64,000 bases of DNA from Mizuhopecten yessoensis (taxonomy: Eukaryota): the NCBI RefSeq assembly GCF_002113885.1, contig NW_018404492.1, positions 6,553,255-6,617,254 of the forward strand, in the 5' to 3' direction. Shown in pieces: positions 39,150 through 49,330 of the stretch. Numbering within the stretch: the stretch's first letter is position 1; every line of letters begins with the position of its first letter. Position numbers and translations under genes: made by a program. The notes under the pieces were generated by a model that ran no database searches, was not told the origin of the DNA, and saw only the letters and a list, made by a program, of their open reading frames with translations.

Positions 39150-40479
39150 GTAAGTGAATTACAATAACAGATATTACGTAAAATAACCAAGCCGTATGTG
39201 TAACCTGCGGTTTTCCTTTATCGTTATTAAGTAGGGGTCTGTAACGAATATTAACGTGAATCTTTAGTTGAAAGGTAGTCGAAACGGTCTGATGAATATT
39301 ACATTGTATTCCTGTGATCTAGTAGAATATCAACGGGGTTCTTTGCCTGTACGTTAATCGACACGGTCTGATGAATATTTCATTATTCCTGTGTAACTTA
39401 TTGGGGATGGCAATGTATATTACCGGGTTCCTGCTGTTATTTTGTGGGGCATTGTCATCAATTTTATCTGGTCAATATACATGTATTTGTTTCTTATTTT
39501 ATGGTGGAATTTCCTGGGTTCGCCGATGTTATTTAAGGTTATTATATAAAATTTTATATGAAGTCATAATTATTATAATTACTGAAATAAAGCTTTCTAA
39601 ATTTGTTTATATTTGTTCCCCTATGAACTCTATGTCTATTAAATCGAAGGGGAAATTCAAAAATAAACTAACCCTGTTAAAAGGAGGATAACTTAAGTAA
39701 AATATTTAACTTTTTTAAACTTGACAAAATGTATTAGGTTCATAACACAAAACGATGAACTTTTTTTCCTAACAACTATTTTTTTTCATTTTAAATTATT
39801 CAACAATTGTAATTATCTATCGGTTACTTTAAATCAACAGATGAAGCACTTAAAAGATGATAATATAATTATTGTTTTTATGAAGTCTTTTTATCGTAAT
39901 TGTAAAAATACCAACTGAAAATCTGAAATAGTACGATTATGTACATAATTTGAAAATAAACAAATGTTCGATATTCATAAAACCTTATTTGGATACATCT
40001 AGCAACAAACAAAGATATTCCAATCGTTTTCATTTGGTGGTTGGGTTCACCTGAACTACTTTATGTGTATTATGATATAAAAGTAGATTAGCCAAACGTC
40101 GACAATCGCTTAACCTTATTTAGCCTTTAGACTAAGTAAGCTGATATCATTCAGTATACTACAATTACATAGGGTACAGTGTACAGCTAACACATATACA
40201 GTGTACATAGCCTGGCTTTTGTCCTAGAACACAAGAATCATAAACTACTTTGAACCTACAGATACAAGTAACGTTTTTTTTTATTACGCTTGTCTTATAA
40301 CTTTGTTCAGACAGAATTAGATAAATACATACGTAAATATAAAATCAATTGCGACAGTATGAAATACATTTCATAGGGTACATATATACAAACATATGGG
40401 TCAAAGAAGTAATATAGACGGTAAAATCCCATATAACACTGGATCCTAATGGAGGTATGTCCGTAGGATACGAATTACT

Positions 40480-40980
40480 ATTCTATATCCCGTAAGTAAT
40501 GTGCTATTGGAAATTATGAATATTTTATATCCTATATACAGTATAATGTTGAACCTGTCAATATTCTATATCCCGTGTACAGTATACTGATGGAAATGAT
40601 CAATATTCTAATATCCTGTATACAATGCACTGATTGAAATGTTCAATATTCTATATCATGTATACAGTACTAGTACACTTATGGAAAGGGTCAATATTCT
40701 ATTTCCTGTATACAATTTACTGCTGGACATATCCAATATTCTATATCATGTATACTTAACTGATGAAAATGGTCAATATTCTAATATCCTGTATACACTA
40801 TACTGATGAGCATGATCAATATTCTATATCCTGTATCCAGTTTTCTGATGGAGATGGTTAATATTCTAATATCCTCTTCACAGTTTACTGATGGAAACGT
40901 TCCATGTTCAATTTTATATACAGCATCCTAAAATAATAATTATGATATATATTATATATATACTGATGGCAATGATGAAT
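40480..40980 (+). repeat. Degenerate ~43-45 bp minisatellite, ~10 copies
   Basis: Recurring CAATATTCTATATCCTGTATACAGTATACTGATGGAAA. Confidence 0.85.
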
Positions 40981-41055
40981 ATAGTCTAGAGCTACATACG
41001 GTTAAACCTTTAGTCAACCTTAAAGCTGAACGTAATAATACATTTCAGATGAGCC

Positions 41056-41301
41056 ATGTTCGGATCCGTTCCCCTGTATTTCGTCATTGCAATAATAGCT
41101 GGGATAGGTGTTGTCGGCATCTTGGTAGGTTTCTGCTCATGTTGGATGTGTAAGCAGTGTTACTTGTGCTACGAAAAGAAGAACGAAGCTCGACAGCGAC
41201 GACGTAGAAAACGAAAACGTCGTCAACAACAACAGTATGATGAGTATGACGATGACGACGAGTATGATGAATTCGATGACAACATCTATTATTCCAAACA
41301 G
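41056..41301 (+). CDS. Uncharacterised single-pass membrane protein, TM exon; model 2 coding exons, 4380 nt = 1459 aa
   Basis: GCCATG start; MFGSVPLYFVIAIIAGIGVVGILVGF TM, then CSCWMCKQCYLC, polybasic RRRRKRKRR and an acidic Tyr run. Donor CAG|GTAGAT, phase 0. Confidence 0.8.
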
Positions 41302-41496
41302 GTAGATATGAGCTTCTTCTGTTCAAATATATCAAATGTCAACGTTAAATATTCATAGCAAAATATATATTTAGAAACAATTATTGTGCATTCTATTTCG
41401 GAGAAAATACAAAAAGCTTAATCCATGCCATTTTTTCTTATTTTGGGGAAAAGTTTTTCGGAGATACAATTTTGAAAACACTTCTTATGTTTTCAG

Positions 41497-44400
41497 AACG
41501 CCAACGACAATCCAAGACATCAGCGACCTAGGCTCGAATCACATGCCGTACCAAGAAATCCCACTAAAGGTGGTGTAAGTGTATTCCCTTCACGTAATAA
41601 TGATAGACATCACATTGAAGATGAACGCGGACCGACCAGAAGTAAAACTAGACAAGCTGGTGACGACAGAAACACCTCAGTTGCTGGGAGATCTACATGC
41701 GCTAGACGCCACTCTCCTAAAACCATTGATAACAACGAAGACGAGAAAAAAGGATGTGCTTTGTTCTGCACCTATTGTTGCTGTTGTTGCGACTCATTGG
41801 ATGATGCATACTATTACGACTCCGATGATGAAGAAAGCGAGGACGATGAAAATCCAAAAGAAAGGGGCACATCTGCGAAAAAAGGCCATGCAGTTGCAGC
41901 TGTATCTCAACACACGTCTAGTGGTGACAAAAATATTGACAAAAATATATCAAACGATAAAAATAGGGAAACATCAAAAGAAAAACCGAAAACACAACAA
42001 GGTCCAACAAATGCTAAAGAACCCGAAAGTAAAGAAGTGAAAGCAAAGAAGAACAAAGAAAAAAACCCCAAAGAACCAAAAGATAAAGAAATGAAAGAAA
42101 AGAATAAAAAAGATAAGAGAAACAAAGGAAATGCATGTTGTGCAGGTTGTATAATTCCATCGGACAGCGATGATATCGAAGATTCAGATTATGAGGAGGA
42201 ATGGGATTATGATGATGACGATGAAGGAATCAAAAGATCTCCAAATAGTTGTGACAAAAATATTGACAAAAATATATCAAACGATAAAAATAGGGAAACA
42301 TCAAAAGAAAAACCGAAAACACAACAAGGTCCAACAAATGCTAAAGAACCCGAAAGTAAAGAAGTGAAAGCAAAAAAGAACAAAGAAAAAAAAACCAAAG
42401 CACCAAAAGATAAAGAAATGAAAGAAAAGAATAAAAAAGATAAGAGAAACAAAGGAAAAGCATGTTGTGCAGGTTGTATAATTCCATCGGACAGCGATGA
42501 TATCGAAGATTCAGATTATGAGGAGGAATGGGATTATGATGATGACGATGATGGAATCAGAAGATCTCCAAATAGTTGTGACAAAAATATTGACAAAAAT
42601 ATATCAAACGATAACAATAGGGAAACATCAAATGAAGAACCGAACACACAACCAGATCCAACAAATGCTAAAGAACCCGAAAGTAAAGAAGTGAAAGCAA
42701 AGAAGAACAAAGAAAAGAAAAAAAAAGAATCAAAAGATAAAGAAATGAAAGAAAAGAATAAAGAAGAAAAGAGAAACAAAGGAAATGCATGTTGTGCAGG
42801 TTGTATAATTCAATCGGACAGCGATGATATCGAAGATTCAGATTATGAGGAGGAATGGGATTATGATGATGACGATGATGAAATCAGAAGATCTCCAAAT
42901 AATTTAAACAATAAAAACGGAATAATGCCAACGACTGCCGGTAATCAAAAGAGGGGAAAATCCGTAATAGGCCGTCCTAAAAGTAACAAAAACTTCATAG
43001 ACGAAAGGCAGAAAAAAAATAATGAAATACCCACTGCAAAAGACACACGTAGCAATCAAATGGTGTGCTGTTGCTTTGGTTATGAAAGTGACGACGAGTA
43101 TTTCGACGATTGTGATGATGAGTATAGTGAGGAGGAAAACTATGACTCTGATTCACTCGAAAGCCCAGAAAATAAAGGAGCAACAGCAATTATTGGAACC
43201 AATACTGCTGCGAGAACGGAAGGGAAAGGCGGCCGAAAAACTGCAAAAACACCCCGCCCGCGATCGGGGAAACGGAGTACATCGAAGAAATCAAAAGACA
43301 ACAAAAAGTGCAAAGCTTGTTTTCTGTGCAGGATAAAGTGTATTGGATGTGCAGCGTGTTGCAAAAAGAAACAAATGGGCGAAGAAGAAAGCAATTACGA
43401 TTCTGACGACGATGACCTCTATGACAGTGATGATGATGAAGATGCAGCAGATGATTACACGGTGATTGCGGCCGGAGGAGCCGCCGCATCGGTGACAGGG
43501 GTGCATGCTTCTAAATCAGGAAAAGCTAGAGTGTACAGATCGAAACGCAAAGCAAAACCCAAGAATATTCCAAATTATATGAAAAAGAAAAGAATCTGCT
43601 GCTTTGTTATCAAACGTTCTGAAAAAAACTGTAAACAAAATACCAAAAAAGCGAGTAAAATATCTAAAAAGAGAAAAGTAAAAGAAAGTACAGCAAATCA
43701 AAACAAAACAGACACAATAAACATGCCAAATGAGAACATCGACGTTGCTGACAAGAAAACAACAAAGCCACCGATACTGGTTGCATCTGCATTAGAAGCG
43801 ACGCCGGAAGAATATAACAATGTGCGTAATGATGAAAAGATAAACAATGCACTTGACTCGTCTACGACAAATAACCGAATATTCAATGAAAACAGAACTA
43901 ATACTTATGCTCAATCAGGCGCCGTATCTGGAACACAAACAATCCAAAATCAAGGAACGCGAACAAACCAAAATGTCACAGAGAAAAATCCACTGACGAA
44001 AACCAAACCCGTGGAGTCGTATATGGACGCAAAATACGGCGCAACTAAACCCAATGTTACTTTTGCTGAAGATGTTAACCGGGGCCAGAGTTATCTAAAC
44101 CAAAGCAACATTGGCAAAAATTATGATGGTTCGAGCAACAGTACAAAAGCAAAAACTCCAGAACCTGTTCTTTTGACCAAGAATACAGCAGAGAAAAGGA
44201 ATGCGGCAGTGTCTGCCTTGTTTGCATCAAGCAATACTGCAGTTGAAACAAGTAAAGTGACAGGTGTAAATAGATCTGCAAATGAAATTACAAAAAATGA
44301 AGACCAACGGTCAAATGCTAATAATCGGCGTTCTGACGATGCGACTAGTGATGTTCCTTCGGAAACGAAGAAAACACAAGAGGAAAGGAAGACAGAACGA

Positions 44401-45630
44401 AAGGAAAAGAAGAAAGAAAAAACAAAAGCGGTGATGACTTTGTTGTCAGGAAGCCTTTTCCCCAAAAGTAGCGCGAGTTCAATAACATCAATAACGAACC
44501 AGACAACTAGAAATGGTGGCCAATCATTGAACCATCAGACTACATGGACAGCTGGTGCTCTAACGGCCGCTGTACCCGTGTCGTTATACAAAGATCGAAA
44601 CACCAGCAACAATAATATAACTGATGGACCTGCTGAGCCCGAACGGCACAATTCAAATAACCCAAATGAATCTCTACATAACACTGTGCCGAACGGAGGA
44701 GCGATATCCAGCACTAATGGGTATAACCCTATAAATATTGACGACAATCAATCAAATAACCATCATTTAAGTGGCTCCGAAAATAATGGTATGCAAACGA
44801 CTGCACTATCTATGCTTGATTCGCAGCACACCGACCGGAAACCTATCTCAAATTCAAATCAAAACCAATCTGGATACAATCAACCAATCAGAAATGATCA
44901 TTCTTACTATTCTGTTGGTGATAATGCGGTGACTGCAATGGCTGCATCGACAGCAGTCAATCAAACAAATGGAATAAACACGGGCCAGAATAGTAGTCTA
45001 ACAGCGGCAAATCAAACCAAACCGCCCACAATCCCGGTAAAGAGCGATGGAATCCCTCCCCAAGGAGTTGGCATGAAAGCAAGAGGTCGTAAAAACTGGA
45101 AGGCAGTTGCTTCTTTGGCAGTAGCGAAGGAATTTACGATGCCCAACATGAAGGCAGATTGGGATGTAACGGGAGGTAACTCGAACAAAGGGGTCGGACA
45201 AGATAAAAGAGAACCTACATCTAAGTTTGCAGCAAGTGTCTCTGCCATGATGGCGAAACAACACTTCATTAAGGCAAGAGAGCCTCGTAAAAACGAGCCT
45301 GCATGGGACTTATTGGAAGGAAAACCAAAAGACATGCAAACAGAAGAAATTATTCCTAAAACAACTATGCGTAAGAGCAGGAGCTTGAATACGCTTTTTG
45401 AGAATGAAACGGACATATTTTCCGTTGATCTACCAACAAAACGACGAAAAAAACGCCAAGAAGATTTTGATTGGGATGCAATCTCTTCAATGGCAAGTGA
45501 ACGAGGAGCAAATCGCCCACCTCGCTTCAACCAGCCTAGTATATTGATGGACGATAGCAATCCCATTACAAACACGAGGTTCCAAGGAGGGCCTTCACGA
45601 CGGACTTCGCTCACAAATATACGTCATTGA
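41497..45630 (+). CDS. Uncharacterised single-pass membrane protein, 4.1 kb terminal exon (low-complexity cytoplasmic region)
   Basis: Acceptor TGTTTTCAG at 41496; the frame is open from 41497 (NANDNPRHQ...) and continuous with the 1289 aa ORF 41761-45630. Confidence 0.88.
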   Translation, partial: NANDNPRHQRPRLESHAVPRNPTKGGVSVFPSRNNDRHHIEDERGPTRSKTRQAGDDRNTSVAGRSTCARRHSPKTIDNNEDEKKGCALFCTYCCCCCDSLDDAYYYDSDDEESEDDENPKERGTSAKKGHAVAAVSQHTSSGDKNIDKNISNDKNRETSKEKPKTQQGPTNAKEPESKEVKAKKNKEKNPKEPKDKEMKEKNKKDKRNKGNACCAGCIIPSDSDDIEDSDYEEEWDYDDDDEGIKRSPNSCDKNIDKNISNDKNRETSKEKPKTQQGPTNAKEPESKEVKAKKNKEKKTKAPKDKEMKEKNKKDKRNKGKACCAGCIIPSDSDDIEDSDYEEEWDYDDDDDGIRRSPNSCDKNIDKNISNDNNRETSNEEPNTQPDPTNAKEPESKEVKAKKNKEKKKKESKDKEMKEKNKEEKRNKGNACCAGCIIQSDSDDIEDSDYEEEWDYDDDDDEIRRSPNNLNNKNGIMPTTAGNQKRGKSVIGRPKSNKNFIDERQKKNNEIPTAKDTRSNQMVCCCFGYESDDEYFDDCDDEYSEEENYDSDSLESPENKGATAIIGTNTAARTEGKGGRKTAKTPRPRSGKRSTSKKSKDNKKCKACFLCRIKCIGCAACCKKKQMGEEESNYDSDDDDLYDSDDDEDAADDYTVIAAGGAAASVTGVHASKSGKARVYRSKRKAKPKNIPNYMKKKRICCFVIKRSEKNCKQNTKKASKISKKRKVKESTANQNKTDTINMPNENIDVADKKTTKPPILVASALEATPEEYNNVRNDEKINNALDSSTTNNRIFNENRTNTYAQSGAVSGTQTIQNQGTRTNQNVTEKNPLTKTKPVESYMDAKYGATKPNVTFAEDVNRGQSYLNQSNIGKNYDGSSNSTKAKTPEPVLLTKNTAEKRNAAVSALFASSNTAVETSKVTGVNRSANEITKNEDQRSNANNRRSDDATSDVPSETKKTQEERKTERKEKKKEKTKAVMTLLSGSLFPKSSASSITSITNQTTRNGGQSLNHQTTWTAGALTAAVPVSLYKDRNTSNNNITDGPAEPERHNSNNPNESLHNTVPNGGAISSTNGYNPINIDDNQSNNHHLSGSENNGMQTTALSMLDSQHTDRKPISNSNQNQSGYNQPIRNDHSYYSVGDNAVTAMAASTAVNQTNGINTGQNSSLTAANQTKPPTIPVKSDGIPPQGVGMKARGRKNWKAVASLAVAKEFTMPNMKADWDVTGGNSNKGVGQDKREPTSKFAASVSAMMAKQHFIKAREPRKNEPAWDLLEGKPKDMQTEEIIPKTTMRKSRSLNTLFENETDIFSVDLPTKRRKKRQEDFDWDAISSMASERGANRPPRFNQPSILMDDSNPITNTRFQGGPSRRTSLTNIRH
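41924..42900 (+). repeat. Three in-frame 327 bp (109 aa) coding tandem repeats
   Basis: GTGACAAAAATATTGAC at 41924, 42251 and 42578; units are near-identical. Confidence 0.95.
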
Positions 45631-46826
45631 AAGTGATATCACCAAATTTCAGCAATGACAGAGGCTTCACCAAACTTAGTTCTTCCGGAACTGACGTGGA
45701 CGTCACCAACATTCAACATTGAGATGGGAGTTATAAACATTTGTCATTCTTTTATAATTGGTGACACGAGTATCCGGAACTGTGGACGACGAATATCCTT
45801 TTTTTTTAATAGACATTATATTGTAAATACCTTGGATAAATCCACTCTGGTAGCATTCCATCGATGTATGTAGGCAATTGCGTACAAAAGGTAACACATT
45901 ACACAGTTAACGTAGGTGTTATGCATGTGTATGGCATGATTTATTAAGAATCTAAACATAATTGATCATCAACTCAACTTGTCAGTTGACTTCAAACAAT
46001 CGTTGTATGCATAATGCACTTATCATACTACTTGTGAAATATTAAGATTTTCTTAAAGATTTCACAGCAAGAAGCAATACAAACGATGTGTAAGCATTAA
46101 TCTACAGTGTTAAATAGTGTTGGGTATCAGAAAGCAATAATCAGTAGACTATCACTAGGCTACATGGTTGAAAATATATCGAAAAAACCTCGTAGTGTTC
46201 ACCTCTCACCTGCGATAAATTTGTTGATAACATCACAGACATTCATTGTGTAAATATATGGTGCTTTATACAATCTGGAAATTAAAAACCGAAGAGCGCT
46301 CGCAATGTACACATAGTAATAAATCACGTAACCATTTACAACTGTGATAAATAAACGAACTTTGTTTTAACTTCTGACGATGTCAAACGATGTTTTTTAG
46401 CTAGGATAAAGAATTTATTTATTTAATGATATGAAAATGCATTTGATAGGGCAATATATTGTTATTTTTTAATTGTGCGGCCATGTCTATCACAAATTGG
46501 GTGCAACCTATATCGATTTGTTACTCATATCTACCCATACCAGGAAGTAAGGAACATTCGCCTTATCTATACCTGAGACAAAGGTACATAGTATTGTGTC
46601 GAGTATTACTCACTGGATCGTTTTATATGAATAAGTGGGCTCCTAGGGTTCTTTGATGTTTGTTGTAATGCAAATATTCAAACTAGCATTTAATTAACAA
46701 TATAAAGGTTCATTTGTACAAGACACTTCAGTCGAACAAAAAAAAGCGTCATTTATTGAGGAAATAAGTAACTGGCATTAAGAAAACAAAACGACAGATT
46801 TCATTGATTTTAAGAAGAAATCGAGG

Positions 46827-47354
46827 ATGGCTGCCGTCATGACAAGACATGAAGTTGGCGTTTGTGATGTGGGATCCGCCGTGCGCGTGCCGAATAACGC
46901 GATAGCAAAGCTGATGTTTTATACGAAATGTATTTGCGACCTCATCAACCTGTATGATATGGACGAGATTTTCAAAAGACTGACTGATTTCGAGAGATAT
47001 TACCTTCTAACGGAGCTAGAAATAGATAAACTTATCATCTTCTGCATGAACTATTCACCGGAGGTTTTGGCGGACAAGTGTTTGTTTCACAACGAAGATA
47101 TTTGTGGCGATTCCATTAACAAGTTTATTGAATTGTCCTCGGTTGATCGACAGCTGATCGTGTCAGACGACATCATGCTTGGTGGAACGCAAACACGTGT
47201 CAAACGAATCATGTGTTACAAAATGGAATGGCTGATGGAGTACTATCTGGCACCGATGTTGGTAATGAAGAGAAGACACGATAAGATTATGAAAATCATT
47301 GCAATGCACAATAGGGAGGTGGCAAATGCTGACTGCTGCTGCATTATATTGTAA
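46827..47354 (+). CDS. Uncharacterised intronless 175 aa protein with C-terminal CaaX (CCCIIL), paralog A
   Basis: Intact ORF with AGGATGG start and TATAAA at 46701; ~72% identical to the 50968 ORF over the first 150 aa (hand count, 42 mismatches). Confidence 0.9.
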   Translation: MAAVMTRHEVGVCDVGSAVRVPNNAIAKLMFYTKCICDLINLYDMDEIFKRLTDFERYYLLTELEIDKLIIFCMNYSPEVLADKCLFHNEDICGDSINKFIELSSVDRQLIVSDDIMLGGTQTRVKRIMCYKMEWLMEYYLAPMLVMKRRHDKIMKIIAMHNREVANADCCCIIL

Positions 47355-48802
47355 GAAGAAAACACACAGTGCTCATATTCAAGTGGCATTCCCTAACAAA
47401 TTATTCGCATTATGAAGTTTCGCCAATATTTGTTTTTCTTGAAAAATGTTACATCAATTATCATAATGTTACAGTGATTAATATATCATTTTGAATAATC
47501 CTTGTTGGGAGACGTCATGACAACACGGTGATTTGTCGCTATATATCAACAGAGAATGATACAGCAAAGTTGTATACAAATGTATATAAAGATTTATCGT
47601 TATTATTAGTTTCAAGTGTTCAGCAAAATAATGTTAACATTTAGACGTTATATCACGTAGTTGGAATACATGTGCATTTTAAAATCAACTCAAGGAAAAA
47701 CGCCGAGATATCCATGTATGGAACTGCTATGAGCCAGATTACTTAAGCATTTTTTAATTTGGTAAATGCAACCTAGTCCATGTCAATTGATAGAAGCATT
47801 ATTGGCTGTAAACCGACTAACAAATAAATAAAACAGACTGCCTTTCTTCAGGGATGATATGACAGTAAATAAAATCATCACGTTAACCTTTACTTGACGA
47901 GAAGTCTTTTTTATGAGGTATCCTTATTACTGCAATTTGACTCGCTCATCTATGTTCATTTATATCAAATAAAATCGTACAGCTATACTTTAATCAAGTC
48001 AAAAACATTTCCTTGTTGGAGTTCCGACCCTTGTTATTTTTATTTATTTAAAATTGAATGCCGTTGAACCAATTATGGATAGAAATTTCATTTAATATCC
48101 ATTTAGGCAATTTTGAAAAGTAGTCTTAACTTTGAGGGAAAATATAGCAATTGCTAAACATCATTGGCTGACAAATATTTTAACTTTTGAAAAGATCTGT
48201 TTTATATGAATTACGTGAAGTATATCAATATAAATCATCAATACAAATCATCAATACAAATGGTCTCGCATTTTGTCACACAAAATATGTATTAATTTTA
48301 TACGAGGTCATAAATGCGTAGCAATACGTTGATCGTACATGCATTAAACAGTGTAGTATTCATGACAATTTTTTTTTAACCATTTTCCTTTTTGATTTTT
48401 TGACAGATTCCAAGCTCTCCGCACATTTTCCAGCAAGTTATATTGTAGTATTAATTTAATTATCTATGTACAGTTTTGTTCACATAATTACCTTACATAA
48501 TGTATATTTTGGGCCATTTTACTGGCTTGTATATCAAAAACATTAAACCACGACCTTGTCCTCACTAATGCAGAAATTGTGATCATTTCTCTTTCTCCAA
48601 TTCCTTTATTGTAAATTTTGTGACAGTATTTTGAATACCCTAGTGAAACCTGCTCAATTAAAAACAAAATCAACCCTTCTGTTAGATGAGGCTCGTAGAT
48701 TCCTGGCAAAACAAACATACTAGAGAATAGTAGTTGTAAAAGATGCACATTGTGCATAGCTTCAAAGTCTCTTTACAAGCTTCAGCTGAGAGAACTTCCC
48801 TT

Positions 48803-48860
48803 TATTTCAGCGGTAGAGCGTTCAACCAGAAAGTCTGGGGTCGCAGTTTTACTCCCCAGC
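48803..48860 (+). mobile_element. tRNA-derived (SINE-head-like) remnant; related copies at ~49105-49160 and ~56030-56088
   Basis: A-box-like TCAGCGGTAGAGC and decayed B-box; the 56030 copy keeps GGGTTCGTTCCCC. No intact cloverleaf. Confidence 0.5.
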
Positions 48861-49244
48861 GAACGTACATATTATTTCCACTGCAACTTTTCTATAACAA
48901 AATTGATGCCGTTGACCTATCTAACTCCAGATAGTGCAAAGCCCTTTGGTGTGAAGTAAATTAACCTGGCTTTCAGTAGTCTTTGAGGGTGAAGACTAGA
49001 TAAAATGGAGAGTGCTATATAAGGATGTGCCTTGTACAATGTTTAGTGTGAAAGTCATCTCACAAGTCCAAATCATTAGCTTCGGCTCGAGGAAAGTTTC
49101 CTTTATCTCAGCGGTAGAGCATCCGACTAGAAAGTCTGGGAGTCTGGAATTCCCCAGCGAACAAATATCCTTTACGCTACTTCGTTTCCATTACATAAGG
49201 ATGAAACATATTCAGTTCACATGTAGGATTGCTCAAACCTTCCA

Positions 49245-49330
49245 TTAACTCTTTGATCCTTTTCTCATAAGTTAGTATATTGTTATTTGTACAAAAGAAT
49301 TTGTATCACTGCTGAACAAATCCTGATTTC
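49245..49330 (-). pseudogene. Decayed duplicate of NR2C2AP last exon
   Basis: Reverse strand reads FSSDTNSFVQITIY*LMRKGSKS* versus FTNSTDFFGRITIYQLMILGSKS* in the real exon; it has a frameshift and an internal stop. Confidence 0.8.

Noticed and set aside
21080-39375. Hammerhead ribozyme cores at CTGATGA occurrences (21080, 30012, 30145, 39288, 39368)
   Set aside because: None has a stem II followed by GAAA and a pairing stem III.
39066-41052. In-frame TGAs at 39066 and 41050 as selenocysteine
   Set aside because: They fall in a signal-peptide-like segment and at an exon edge, with no redox motif; I saw no convincing SECIS, though I could not run a search.
41907-45614. Many minus-strand and off-frame ORFs, including Phe/Ser-rich TM-looking ones
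   Set aside because: Shadows of the A-rich, repetitive + strand exon.
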